From Fimicolochytrium jonesii (Eukaryota), in NCBI RefSeq assembly GCF_025526975.1, contig NW_026515696.1:186001-250000 (forward strand): a stretch of 64,000 bases of DNA, given 5' to 3'. The notes below the pieces were generated by a model, which was not told where the DNA came from, did no database searches, and saw only the letters and a program-made list of their open reading frames with translations. The position numbers and the translations under genes are program-made. Numbering within the stretch: position 1 is the stretch's first letter; each line of letters starts with the position of its first letter. Shown here piece by piece: positions 1 to 12,310 of this stretch.

Positions 1-259
1 ATTGTTGGAGGTATCATCCTCCCGAGTCCCGGGTTAGGGTTTCCCATAGTTTATTTCCTCACGTGACTTCCCTCCCGTTTACGCCACACTTCCACATATG
101 GGACTTCACCCTTTTCTTACTTCGCGGACCTCGCATCCTCCTTTCCTCATACAAGACAACACTGTATAACTTCATACAATACAGGACGTCGTCTCCCCTA
201 CATAGGGTTCTGCTCTTAGTCTGCATTCCTTTGCCAGCTACTGCAAACTTAAATCTTGC

Positions 260-3200
260 TCAGGGTCGTAAGACGCAAGCGTAGGAGCTGTAATAATAGC
301 TTCCTTCAGTAGCTCTGTCAATGGGTACGCGATGTATGCATAAAGATCGATGGATTAACTCAGGTAATTTGTCAACCCTAAGAAAGATTGGACCTCTTTC
401 TGTTTGGTAGGACATGCAAAGTTTTGCACGGCATCCAATTTGAGGGTGCAATGGGCTCGTATCCTCTCCCAGGATATGGCCGCAGAATTCAAACTCTCTT
501 TGCATCCAATTGCACTTGGACGGCTTGACATAGAGTTTGTGCTCGGCAAGAACAGCCAAAACGCTGTCCACATGAGCGATATGTTGCTTGGCCGTTTCCG
601 AGAAGATTAAGATATGACATACGCATCATACATCTTGCCCAATATCTTATTGGTTAACCGTTGGAACATTCCTCGCGCATTCGTCAATCCAAATGGCAGA
701 AACAAGTACTTGAAATGACCAAACAGCATCCGAAACGCTGTTTTGTCTCTATCAGCTTTGCGAACCAAGAAGCAGTGATACGCATCTTTGATGTCCAGCA
801 AAGACTTGAACTTCTTTCCACGTACCCGATCCCGCATCTCTTAACAGTGTGTGATCCTTTATTGTTGCTTTGTTCAGCCCACGATAGTCGATGCACTTAC
901 GGAGACTGCCATCCTTTTTCTTAGCAAATAACACTGCGGCGCCCCACAGGCTCTGCGGGTGCTGAATACAACCGCACTGAGCATGAGGGGAACCTTCTTA
1001 TGAAGCTCTTTGAGTTCTGCTTTGCTCATATGCCGTAAAGGGTTAAGGACAGGATTCGTACCAGGCTCCAGCTCGATAAGGAAGTTATCCTCCCATCTAT
1101 TGGGTGGCAACTCTGCGTGCTCGACAAACAAACTATCCATGTACTTCTCTAACATTGGATATGGAAGATGATCCGATGCCATGCCCAAATCAACCTTCTG
1201 TCCTGTAACTTCGCTCATTTGAACCTCTGGCTCTGGTTTGGCACAATCGTGCTCATCTGCAGAGACATGAGTTGGTGACGTATTCACTGCAGCTTCTATG
1301 TCCATAGCATACGCTATGGAACACCTCCCATACACCGTGTTTTGAGATAAGCAAGTGAACTTATAAGTCACAACTCCTTCACTCCAGTCTTCTTGTTCAG
1401 GCATTGTGGCGTTGGAATGTTTAGGCTTCTTTCTGATGCCAGAGGACCGCAGATCAGCTGCATTACAGGACGATTCCGATTCCTACTTTCTGGTGACCGT
1501 CTGGGAACCAGGGTGTGTCCAAGTTCATCTGCGTGGAAGCGTAGAACGGGAATCTCATCCTCTATGTGCTCGAAACGAACATCGTCAAGTATAGAGATCC
1601 CTGGTAATACGAGGAGCAACCACAAATGGAAGGTTCTCTTGTGAATAGTGTTGTTGGTCACCCCATAACTGAAGATTGCCAGAAAATAGCTCGTTGGCAT
1701 TGAAAGTATGACTGTGGTCACCCCAGGCATCATCAATGGGCATTTCAGGGTTGTAGGTTTGAAAACCATGTTTCGATACCCATCCCTGACTTACCATAAG
1801 TGTTGTGCATCCTGTATTGATCAGACTGTGACAAAACTTGCCATTCAACTTGCCATGAACCACCAAAGCACAACAACGGTTGCAGTGCTTCAGGCCTCCG
1901 AAAAATGGTTTCAGTCTCATCTGGACCGCACAGAAGCGCCCCTGCACCAGACGTATTGGTCCAATCAACAAGTATACCATCAGCGGACTCACAGCATATA
2001 GTCTCAAGTTCCTCTTCAATGAACACCATCGCACAATGAGACAAATAGACGGTGTCTTTACTAAACTTCTCTACTGAAAACCCTTTTGCTGACCAGCATT
2101 CCAATGCTGCTTATCCGTAGCCTCATCAGAGTTCTTATCCTTCTTCTTTTTAGGGGATTCTCGCGCACGATGACCCATCTCACCACAATCGAAACACTTC
2201 ATGTTCAAGAGGTCCGGGCGTGTGTAAGGTTTAGCAGCTTCTGCCTTCTTAGCTTTCGCCCTCTTCTTGCCCGCAGTACCCGCAGCAGAAGAGACATTAG
2301 CACGTTTAGATGCACTACTACCAGAAGCAACGGCTTTATTGTTTGCGTCGGTTCCCTTATTGGGCGAGACGACGTACAGCAAAGGAAGTAAGCGCACGAT
2401 CCATCAAACAAATTAACGGTTATGTGAGCATAGGGTGTTGCTCCCTGCAATCAACCATTGTATGCAACAACGACTGGGCGATCTCATAGCCGAGGGTATT
2501 GGTCTTATTGCGAGTAAGACAACAAAGAAACAGGTTATTCAAATCGTCAGGAGTGATAACCTCCAGGTTGCGCTGTGCCTTGACAACGATACGTTTGAAC
2601 TCCGTCACATATGAAGCCATCGATTTGATAGCCATTTCCAAATCCTCTTTCTGCATGTCAACCCTGGATGCGGTATCTAACCAGGTACGTGCGTCGCTTT
2701 CAAGCGAGCCAGATACCTTCTGCCTGTACTTGAAGTCATCAATTGGAAGATGAAAAGTAAACATGAAGTCCATATGCTTCTGCAAAAATGTGTCAAAAAC
2801 AGTGGCCTTGCACCTTTTGCCGTTGAACGGATGCTGCGAGATCCATGTACCATAGTGCCTACGATGCTCGATATAGAACAAATCCACAGATCCATCCGGC
2901 AGCACAACACGGCGCATTGCGGAGTCACGCTCCAACGTAGCTCGCAAACGATCCTGTCGAGCCTGATGTTCCTCGGCATGTTGATCACGAACTTCTGCTC
3001 GAGCAGCATTAATTCGGGCGTTGAACTCCTCGACGGAGATGGTCAACATAGCCATAGCGGGCGGGTAACCAGCAGGAGGTGGAGGAGGTCCACCCCCCTG
3101 GATACCCCCCATTGGAACAGGGCCCATCGTTCGAGGAGGAAGGCGAACTTCAACATGAGGTTCGTCCACTGAAGTTTCCGGCTCCTCAACAATCTCAGTA

Positions 3201-3268
3201 ATAACTCCTGTACCCCCAGGAGTAGTCTCCTCACTCCTGGTAACTGTACTACCCGTGGATGTACTCAT
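260..3268 (-). mobile_element. Degenerate Ty3/Gypsy LTR-retrotransposon internal region (gag, zinc knuckle, protease, RT), frameshifted and truncated
   Basis: Minus-strand fragments: gag-like 2420-3268, knuckle CFDCGEMGHRARES (2071-2397), protease-like VVHGKLNGKFCHSLINTGCT, and RT motifs [46 protein letters not shown] and KEVQSFLGLTNY, split over several frames. Confidence 0.9.
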
Positions 3269-3877
3269 GACGACCTTCTGGCAAGTGTAATCTCGTTTTC
3301 AGGTTGAATAACCTCAAACAACGATGAATAGGTCCAGAATGCGGACAGAAGTACTCCGTTGATGTTGTATAGCTCAGAACCTCGAGCGAATACACACAAA
3401 CAACCAGGTTCTTGAATCAGGTATATGCCGTATGCAATAACCAAAATTCGGGCATAGATTTTCCCTCTTTTTGAGCGAAAAATCCCCAAAATCCACCGTG
3501 TCCGATGTCGGCGGGTTTTGGCTATGTTGATCCTAGACAGGGTCTGAAGCTATCAGTTGAAAGAGGCCTTTGAGTGGATCAAGAAGAACCCTATCGGCTT
3601 AGCTCTGTCCCAAAACTGAAAGACTTTTTATATCCGCCCGTTTTCGCTTAAGTATCAAATTAACGACAAAGGCAATAACGGATAACTCGTTTTGCAGTGA
3701 TTCAAAAATCCCAGAACGTTCAGGTAAATTCAAGGTACTTCTCGGGGTCGGGAACAACCTTATCGGGGGTCGTTTCGGTCAAAACTGTGATAGTTTTGCT
3801 ATGCGGAGGTTATATTGGCGATGATTTAGCGCGTTTTTCGATATCTCCGTATCCGTAGGTCGAATCCTTTTGAAACT
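3261..3877. repeat. ~600-bp dispersed repeat, copy 1 (copy 2 at 8909-9486)
   Basis: Long shared blocks such as ttgaataacctcaaacaacg, gtccagaatgcggacagaagtactc, aaaaatccccaaaatccaccgtgtc and atccgcccgttttcgctta occur in both copies in the same orientation. Confidence 0.85.
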
Positions 3878-4853
3878 TTCATAAGTCTTCAAGCTCAGGA
3901 TACTCTACGACGTTTCCGAGTTTGAAGGGGATCGAATTGCTGGGGTAGATTTCCAATCCGTTAACGGGCTACTAGTAAACACGTGTTTATGTCGACTACG
4001 TGTCGACCGTCGAACGTATACTCTCAAGATATTGATATACCGAAAGAGTAAAGTATGGATGGCAAACTATGAGTTACGGACGTTTGTTTAACCATCCAGG
4101 TGCGAAAAGCGAGGTGGTTGTGACGTATCGGTCGTTCCACTAGGTAAATAACCTAGAGGTCGGCGCTTTTCGACTATAGCGCACTAGGGGCTTCAGGAGT
4201 TGCGGTGGACGTTGTCCTGGACGTCCTGAAGGCTATATGAATCGTCTAGAATGATTGTATCGACGTTCTGTGACGATTGCTACGTCCGCAATTTCGAGAT
4301 GCTGAAGTTGCCGACGTGTTTATCTACTAGGAATCTCGTTTTGCTCAAAACGAGTGGTGCTACCATGTGATGTGGACTACCTTCCACACGGGTTGTTTAA
4401 CCGATGTCCGTGTACAATAACTACTTTACTGTAAGGTATTGTAGATGGACTGGGTGTTCGTCGGCTCTGCTATGCGATATGTAGTAGAAGAACTACTTGT
4501 TGTGCACAGGAATGCGCGACGAGCACTGTTAAGGTACCCATGAGGTCGGAGTCCACTGGAGAACACTGTCTGGGACATGTCTCGCACACCTGGCGAGACA
4601 TGTCTCGCTGATGTGTCGTTCTCCAATAAGACCAGACACTCCACATTACAAGCCTCGCCGCCAGCGAGCATGCCACCCTCGATGACATCCTGGACGCAAT
4701 TGTCGCTTGGGACCCTACCAACCCCGTGACCTCACCCCCGCAACCACCTTGTCCTACGCTCCGAGCTAACGTCACGCCCTCAACGCGACAGCTCCTCAAG
4801 TACCAACATGTCGTCCCTCTCCCCGAGTCCGACGCCGACGAAGTACTCCGCAG

Positions 4854-6629
4854 ATGGTGGCTCGAAGTACGCACCCTCAGCTCAGAAGCTCGTCAGGAGG
4901 CGACCCAGACCACGACTCCAAAGGCAAAGCCAAGTCCACGGATTCCCTGTCCAAGGAATCCCAGTCCAAGGAATCCTCCTCCGAGGAATCCTCGTCCGAG
5001 AATTTGTCGTCAGAGCAAGGCCCATCATCCAGTGCAAACCCGTCCCGGACAACCACAAGATCAAGCCGCTTCCCAGGCGGCTTCCCAAGCACTCCACCAA
5101 GGCCACCTGGTCAGGATTCCCCCGCGGATTCTCCAGCGCAACCCCCGTCTACCCATCCATCCATCCATCCAGCTACTGCTGCTGTTGCCCCGGCGACCTC
5201 GCAAGGACAAGCCCGAGCGCAGACTCCCGACCAAGAACGGGAGCAAGAGGATACCTGGTTTACGCCGGTTGCTAGAAGGAATCCCGAAATGGCAGACGGA
5301 ACCCCCGCAGGAGTTCCCCGAGCCGCCTCCGCGGCCACGGTACTCGAAGCGGCGGCAGGAGGATTCGAGCGAGCCCACTGGAAGTTGAAGAATGACATCT
5401 CGGCGAGATTCAAAGGCAAGCCGGGCGAGGACGCATACGCATTCCTGGAAAGGCTGAGACAAGAAGCTCAAAGGGCTGTAGACTAAAAGTACTTTGAAAA
5501 CCTCGACGACATGGTGCCCATGTTCGGTCCCCTCTTCAAGGATGGAGCGAAGAAATGGTGGAGCAGTCTGTCGTCGACCAACATTCCATTTGAGCAATTC
5601 AAGGAACAATTCATGGCTCAATACGACGAGAAGATACCCCCTATCTACCGCTCGGCGAAAGTAGCCGGTATGAAGAAGCTCCAGAAGGAAACGTTGCGCA
5701 ACTTCGCTATTCGGATCAAGGAAGCCAAATCCCGTCTTGGCACCAACCTCCTAGACCTAGGCCAGCTCAAGTATGCCTTCTATCAAGGTCACAAGCCTCG
5801 TGAGCAAGACAAGGTTGAGGAAGTCAAGATCGGGGGCAAGGACCGGTACGACGGGGCGGTGACCTTGGACCAATTTGCCGAAGAAGCGTATCAACGAATT
5901 GACAAGAAACGGCTCCGAAGCCGGCGCCACGCCCGTAGCTCCTCCTCATCCTCCTCGGACTTGGAGTCAAGCTCTACTGGCTCCTCCTCTGCTTCTTCCT
6001 CGGAGGAAGAACGCGGCCATCGTTGCCGGACCAAGAAGAACAACAGGAGATTCCGGCCCCAGCAACAAGGATCTCTGTCGCCCATTTTGAAGACGGCCGT
6101 CCAAATTGCCCCGCCAAGTCCCATGCCTACCGCCAATATCGAGAAGCTAGCAAAACAGGCGGCGGAGAATGAGATAACCAAGTTCAAAGAGGAACTCCGC
6201 TTGACCGGTAGCCGACACAGACAAATGGGAAGGGCTGTACACCTGACGGAATTCGACGACGACCGGGATGATTACTCCGGTTACGAGGCGTCCATGATGG
6301 ACCTACGGCAAGGTCCATACCCCTGCCAGCCGTACCCGCGCAACGACTATGGCCAGCAGAGGCAGAACGACCTCAGTACGCAAGTACAGGAAGTCGTCAA
6401 GAAAGCGGTTGCCAAAATTGCCTCGCAAATGGCCAAGGTGCAGATTAACAGGGGCCAGTCCTCGGGAGGACCACCAAGGATCGGAGACAGAAAGTGTTAC
6501 GCCTGCGGAGGCGACCACTTCAAGGACGACGTGGACCGCGAGACGGGGAGACCAGTATGCCCCAAGAAGCAAAGCCCCGAGGCGGGAAATGCCAATGCTG
6601 AGAAGCGGCATTTTCCCCGCCAGGGCTAG
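4854..6629 (+). mobile_element. Retrotransposon gag ORF interrupted by one in-frame TAA (5484-5486), with a C-terminal zinc-knuckle-like motif
   Basis: ORFs 4854-5486 and 5511-6629 share a frame. They contain FKGKPGEDAYAFLE, FKDGAKKWWSSL..FEQFKEQFM..Q.ETLRNFAIRI (retrotransposon gag pattern) and CYACGGDH. Confidence 0.8.
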
Positions 6630-6649
6630 GAGCCGAGAGCCTCCTAGTC

Positions 6650-7576
6650 TTGGAACCAACGGCTCTTGAGCAGGAAGACCCTGGAGAATCGCTGCCTCAA
6701 GACCAGGATGAAAGCCTGACCTTTCCTGCTCGGTCACCATCAGAACCGAGAAGAGGCAGTGATTCCGACTCTGAAAGCGACTGGGGGACGCGCGGAGAAA
6801 TAACGACAGCTGACAAATTGTTACAACCCCGACACCTGTCCAAGTCGGGGGAAGAAAAATCCGACTCGGAGGACCCTGACAGAACACGCTACCCGTCTCC
6901 GCCACCCAAAAAGGAACTCTACTTGATCAACGTGGTTGACAAGAACGATTGGCAATTGCACCCGGACATCTTTCAGCAACTCGATGACGGACCCTGGGGA
7001 GGCCCCTACGGCCACACCGTGGACCTCTTTGCCACGAAGCAAAACCCCCAAGTTTCAAGGTACTGCTCGGTCGACCAGATGGACACCAATGCAATTGCCC
7101 ATGACGCCTTCAAAATTTGCTGGGACACTGAGAAGGGCTGGGCCAATCCCCCTTGGCTCGCCATTCAGCAAGTGCTTGACAAGGTCGTCACGAACGGAGC
7201 GACCATTACGCTAATTACCCCCGTGTGGCGAGAAGCTCCATGGTACCTTCAGCTCCTCACGCTCCTCATCGACTATCGGAAATTGCTGAACCACGAACGA
7301 GACCTCTTCGTCAAGGGCGGCTTCCATGAACAAGACGAATGTGTTTACGGGCTCCCGCCCTGGGAACACACCGCGGCATGGAGAATCTCCGGTGATTCTG
7401 CTGCCATTCACCACTTCCGAGACCGGTTGCGCCAAGCGTGGACCTTCAAGACCAGCCCTTGCCATGTCAAGCGCCTGCCATTCCAAGACTGTTATGCAGG
7501 GACTCTGTCCTTTCTACAGATTCCCTTCCGGACAATTCTCTCCATCCGTCGGCGCCCACCAGTGACGGCGGACTAA
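6650..7576 (+). CDS. Element-borne DNA N6-adenine methyltransferase-like (DIRS MT/Dam-like) domain, 3'-truncated
   Basis: DWQLHPDIFQQLD..WG..TVDLFATKQN....YCS......AHDAF...W....WANPPW..I.QVLDKV....A..TLITPVW....WY follows the MT-domain pattern of DIRS pol proteins. The NPPW catalytic motif is present. Confidence 0.8.
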   Translation: MEPTALEQEDPGESLPQDQDESLTFPARSPSEPRRGSDSDSESDWGTRGEITTADKLLQPRHLSKSGEEKSDSEDPDRTRYPSPPPKKELYLINVVDKNDWQLHPDIFQQLDDGPWGGPYGHTVDLFATKQNPQVSRYCSVDQMDTNAIAHDAFKICWDTEKGWANPPWLAIQQVLDKVVTNGATITLITPVWREAPWYLQLLTLLIDYRKLLNHERDLFVKGGFHEQDECVYGLPPWEHTAAWRISGDSAAIHHFRDRLRQAWTFKTSPCHVKRLPFQDCYAGTLSFLQIPFRTILSIRRRPPVTAD

Positions 7577-8253
7577 AAAGGGGATGAGGACGCCAAGGTG
7601 ATGGGAAAGAACTTTCGACAAAGAAAAAGCTTGCTGGCAAGTCCCTCTCATTTGGGCACCTCAGCTAGCTTAGACCAGGCTTCCCAAGCGGTCTGAGCTG
7701 TATGCACATGCATAAGCTGTGTGTCATTCAGACTGAGGCAGATGTATGCCAAAGGCCGTTTGTCCTTTCTTTCCACCAACTCCTCCTCCTCCCCTTCAGG
7801 CCCCTTTCCCTTCGATGTGCTTGCTGTAGCCAAATTTCCTACCTTCTCCCTCATCCCAAACTCCACTGCCAACCAAAGTCCCTTTGCCTTCAACATCATC
7901 ATCATCCTAAACTTCCATAGATGGTAGTTCTCCCTGTGAACTTATCCACCATAAGTTTCAAAGTCTCTGAGTCTCCAGCCATTGTGTGTGTGTGTGCGTG
8001 TTGGAGCCAGATTCATCTGTTTCAAGTGTGTGGACGCGTTTCTGATGATGTTGTATTGTTGGACGCATTTTGGGTGTCAAGTAGTGTGTATCTCATCGAG
8101 TTGAGCAGTTTGGCGCGTTTTTGGTCACAGAGTGGTGAATTCCAAAGGATATATCAAAGATAGGGCGTAATTAGCGATGGTACGAGGTTTTGGGCATCTT
8201 GAATAGGGTTGGCGAGGATGGTTTAGTGATGATAAAGCTCAGGGCTCATAACC
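7577..8253 (-). mobile_element. Ty1/Copia 5' leader and gag N-terminus fragment with primer-binding site
   Basis: Minus strand reads GGTTATGAGCCC (a Copia-type PBS, 8253-8242) next to an LTR end, then DKFTGENYHLWKFRMMMMLKAKGLW..AWEAWSKLAEV. Confidence 0.85.
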
Positions 8254-8862
8254 TGTTGAAACCTTAGCTGATACAAGTGTATCTGAGAGGTCACTAATAC
8301 AGATTCGCCAATGACTTAGAGATGTGGGCGCCCAACTGGCATTGTTGCGATGAAGAAGACCGTACTGTAGCTGGAGTATTTGATAGAAAGATGTGTATTG
8401 AAGAGGATAAAGTGAAGGGAGGGGATGGGCAGCATATCTGCCTTTTTTTATAGGATATTTGAGCTACTTTCCTGTGGATCTAGCTATGTGCTGGGGCATC
8501 CAAAACACCCTCTGATGCCGGCTCAAGTCGCCCAAGGCGTCTCTGAGTGCTGCAGTTAAGGTTGGTAAGGTTGGTAAGGTTTTGGCAAGTCTTTGTACCC
8601 CATGGCCTGCCTGCTGATGTCCCATGGGCATCTGCCAAGTCCACGGAGTCCGGGGCCTGCTACAAGCCCAATCTAGCTACGACAACTCAATCACAGCTCC
8701 ATACGGGTATACTGACCGCCATCAGCTCAAAGAACATCATGAAAGCGCAGTGCTGATGCCTGGATGCCTGGGAACTAGTCCAGACATCTTCAGAGCCTTC
8801 CAAGATGCGTCCTAAGTCTCGCAGAGCCTTCTAAGTGCCCCATCTTGATGCTATCTCAATAC
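8254..8862 (-). repeat. Copia LTR (~610 bp); a partial second copy lies at 9487-9882
   Basis: Bounded by the PBS on one side and a purine tract (gttgaggag, minus strand) on the other. Segment 8481-8860 is repeated at 9487-9880, directly after the RNase H ORF. Confidence 0.65.
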
Positions 8863-8908
8863 TCCTCAACAATTTCCATAATAACAGCCTCACTGCAGGT
8901 AGTTTCAC

Positions 8909-9486
8909 GTACTCATAACAACCTTCTGGCCAGCGTAATCGCATTTTCAGTTTGAATAACCTCAAACAACGACGAATACGTCCAGAATGCGGACAGAAGT
9001 ACTCTGTTGATGTTGTGTAGCTCAGGACGATGAGCAAATACACACAAACCACTAGGTGCCAAATCAGGTATATGCTGTATGCAATAACCAAAATTCGGCG
9101 GTAGATTTTCCCTCTTTTGAGTAAAAAATCCCCAAAATCCACCGTGTCTGATGTCAGCGGATTTTGGCTGCATTGATCCTATACATGATCTGAAGCTATT
9201 AGTTGAAAGAGACCTTTGAGAGGGTCAAGAAGAACCCTCATGGCTTAGCTCTGTCCCGAAACTGAGAGAGTTTTCCTATCCGCCCGTTTTCGCTTACGTA
9301 TCGAATTATCGACAAGATTCAAAAGTCCCAAAACGTTCAGCGTAATTGGAGGTAGCTCTTGCGATCGGGAAGAACCTCCTCGGGGGTTGTTTCGGTCAGA
9401 ACTGCGATAGTTTTGATATACAGATGTTATAGTGGCGACGATTTATGGCGTTTTCGATATTCCGTAGATCGAATTCCTTCGAAACT
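8909..9486. repeat. ~600-bp dispersed repeat, copy 2 (with small deletions)
   Basis: Homologous to 3261-3877; sits between the two Copia LTR copies. Confidence 0.85.
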
Positions 9487-10640
9487 AGCTATGTGCTGGG
9501 GCGTCCAAACCACCCTTTGAGACCTCCTCAAGACGCCCAAGGTGTCGCTGAGTGGCGCAGTTCAGGTTGGTAAGGCTGGGAAGGTTTTGTCAAGTCTGTT
9601 TACCCCATGGTTTGCCTGCTGATGTCCTGTGAGCCTCCGCCAAGTCCGCGGAGTGCCCAGAGAGCGTTCTAGACCATCAAAACCCCAATCTGGCTACTAC
9701 AACTTGGTCACAGGTCCATACGTCCACAACTGACCGCCATGAGCTCTAAGAACAACTTGAAAGCGCAGTTCTGATGCCAGGATGTCTGGTAAATGCTCCA
9801 GATATCTTCAGAGTCTCCCAAGACGCGTCGGAAGTCTTGCAGAGCCTTCCAGGTGCCCCATCTTGATGTTATCTCGATGCTGCATCTACTTGAAGGCTCT
9901 GCAGCCTCTAAGTGCATCGCAGCTCTCAGACGTGTGAAATCCGGCATGGGGAGGGGCTTGGTGAGCGCATCAGCTATCATCTCCTTTGTTGGGCAGTACT
10001 GGAGGGTAACTGTCTTGTGTGCGACTTGTTCACAAATGAAATGGTATCGGATGTCGATGTGCTTGGTTTGTGCATGGTGAACTGGGTTTGTGGCGAATGC
10101 CATAGCTCGTTGGTTGTCTTCCCAGATGACTGTGGGCCCTTGGGCGAGTCCTGTCTTGTCTTGGTGCGTGCTCAGTTCTCTGAGTAGAGATCTGAGCCAC
10201 ATGGCTTCTTTACAGGCGTCTGTGAGTGCCATGTATTCGCCTTCGGTGGAGGAGAGTGCTGTAGTGCGTTGTTTGCGTGATTTCCACCTTACTGGACCGC
10301 CAAAGGTGAAGAGGTATCCTGTGGTCGATCTTTGAGTGTCTGGGCAGCCTCCCCAGTCTGAGTCTGACCATCCCACGAGTTTGGGGGTTCCTTGGACGGC
10401 TCCCAGTCGAAGTTGGTAGTGTTGAGTCATCTTGAGATAGGCTAGAATGCGTTTGGCAGCTTTCCAGTGTCCTTTGCCGAATTTGCTAAGAACTGGCTTA
10501 CAGCTCCGACTGCTTGAGCTATGTCTGGTCTTGTCCCGACCATCGCGTAGATCAAACTGCCTACAATGGGTTGATAGGGCTTGTCCTGCATTTCTGCAGA
10601 TGTTCTATTCCCTTGAAGCTTGTCTAAGACCATAGAGAGT
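9487..10640 (-). mobile_element. Copia RT C-terminus and RNase H plus truncated 3' LTR
   Basis: PYQPIVGSLIYAMVGTRPDIAQAV; GWSDSDWGG..D.QRSTTGY..WKSRKQ.T.ALSSTEGEY; EDNQ; TKHIDIRYHF; MIADALTKPL. Confidence 0.95.
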
Positions 10641-10679
10641 CTTCCCAAGTTCAAGCACGAGATTCTCTTCTCCAAAATC

Positions 10680-12310
10680 ACCAGTTTCCGACCAAAAAAC
10701 GCGCCAAAGTGCTCAACTCGACAAGATACGCACTACTTGACACCCAAAACGCGTCCAACAATACAGCATCATCCAAAACGCGTCCACACACTTGAAACAG
10801 ATGAATCTGGCCCCAACACACGCACACACACAATGGCTGGAGACATGGTCGATAAGTTCACAGGGGAGAACTACCATCTATGAAAGTTTAGGATGATGAT
10901 GATGTTGAAGGCAAAGGGACTTTGGGTGGCAGTGCAAGCTGGGAAGAAGGAGAACGAAGGAGCTACGGCTAGAGCAAGCTCGTCGCAGGGAAAGGAAGCT
11001 GAAGGGGAGGAGGAGGAGTCGATGGAGAGGAAGTATGAGAGGGCTTTGGCATACATCTGCCTCAGTCTGAACGACACGCAGCTTATGCATGTGCATACAA
11101 CTCAGACGGCTTGGGAAGCCTGGTCTAAGCTAGCTGAGGTGCACGAATGAAAGGGGCTCGCCAGCAAGCTCTTCCTACGTCGAAAGTTCCTTACCATCAC
11201 TATGAACGAGTCTGACTCAATCACAAATCACATCAACAAAGTCAGACAGCTCGCACAACAGCCAGAGGCTATCGGCGCACCAGTACCCGAAGACGATATC
11301 ATGACGACCTTGATATACAGCTCACCAAACAGCTACGAACAAGTCCTCACGAGCCTCGAAAGCAGGCCGGACGACTTAGACATGGAGTTCTTGACGGCCA
11401 GACTTCTGAATGAAGAAGCTAGGCGCAAGGAGAACTCAAAACCAGTCAGATCGACTGGAAACGCCTTCGTTGGGGACGGGGGACACCAGCAGGAGGCTGG
11501 GGGTTCAGCCAGGTTTGCCAGGAAGAAGGGAAAGTGCCATCACTGTGGTATTGAAGGGCACTGGAAGAACGAGTGCAAGAAGCTCAAACAAGAGCGAGCT
11601 CAAGCCAACAATGCGAATCAAGCCGAACCATACCAGGCCAGCCAGGGAACCGGGTTCCTCTTCATGGCAGCTATGAAACGCACGGAAATCAGCCCAGAGT
11701 GCTGGATTATCGATTCAGGAGCCTCCTCACACATGACACACGTCAGGGAATGGCTCCAGGACTACAAGACGCTGGAAACTGAGATCCAGGTCCAGCTAGC
11801 TGATAACCGGTCAGTCCTAGCCATCGGAACACGCTCCATTTCGATTAGAACACAAGGGGGGCACCCTGGCACCCTTCGAAACGTCTGGCTTGTTCCCAAA
11901 CTGGAAAAGAACCTCATCTCAGTAGCCCAGCTGACTGAGAACGGAGCACAAGTCGAGTTTTCGAGTGCAGAGTGCACAGTCAAGACTAGAGATGGTGCTC
12001 TCGCCTTCAGAGCTCTCAAAGGGAGTGGTCCCTACACCATGAAGGCCCAAGCTATCCCTGAACATGCCTACTCAGCAGGAGGGCTTTGCAGCACTCCCTT
12101 TCATATCTGCCATCAGAGACTGGGTCATCTGAATGCCCAAGATGCTCAGAAGCTTCTCAATTGCTACCAACATGATATCAAAGTCACCGGACACCGTGAG
12201 GGTCATGTCTGCAAAGTCTGCACGCTCTCCAAGCAGTCCAGAGTCCCATTCCCGAAGAAACAAGCTACGCAAGCCACAGAAGTCCTGGCACTCGTCCACA
12301 CTGACCGCTG
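10680..12310 (+). mobile_element. Copia gag-pol 5' half (gag, CCHC knuckle, protease, integrase zinc finger), disrupted; inverted relative of 7577-8250
   Basis: MMMMLKAKGLWVAV, CHHCGIEGHWKNEC, WIIDSGASSHM, H.RLGH..CKVC and LALVHTD. Stops near 10881 and 11148. Homology ends at about 12310. Confidence 0.95.

Noticed and set aside
1..260. Possible LTR at the window start (tgttgg..., includes gggttagggtt)
   Set aside because: No second copy, PBS or clear boundary is visible inside the window.
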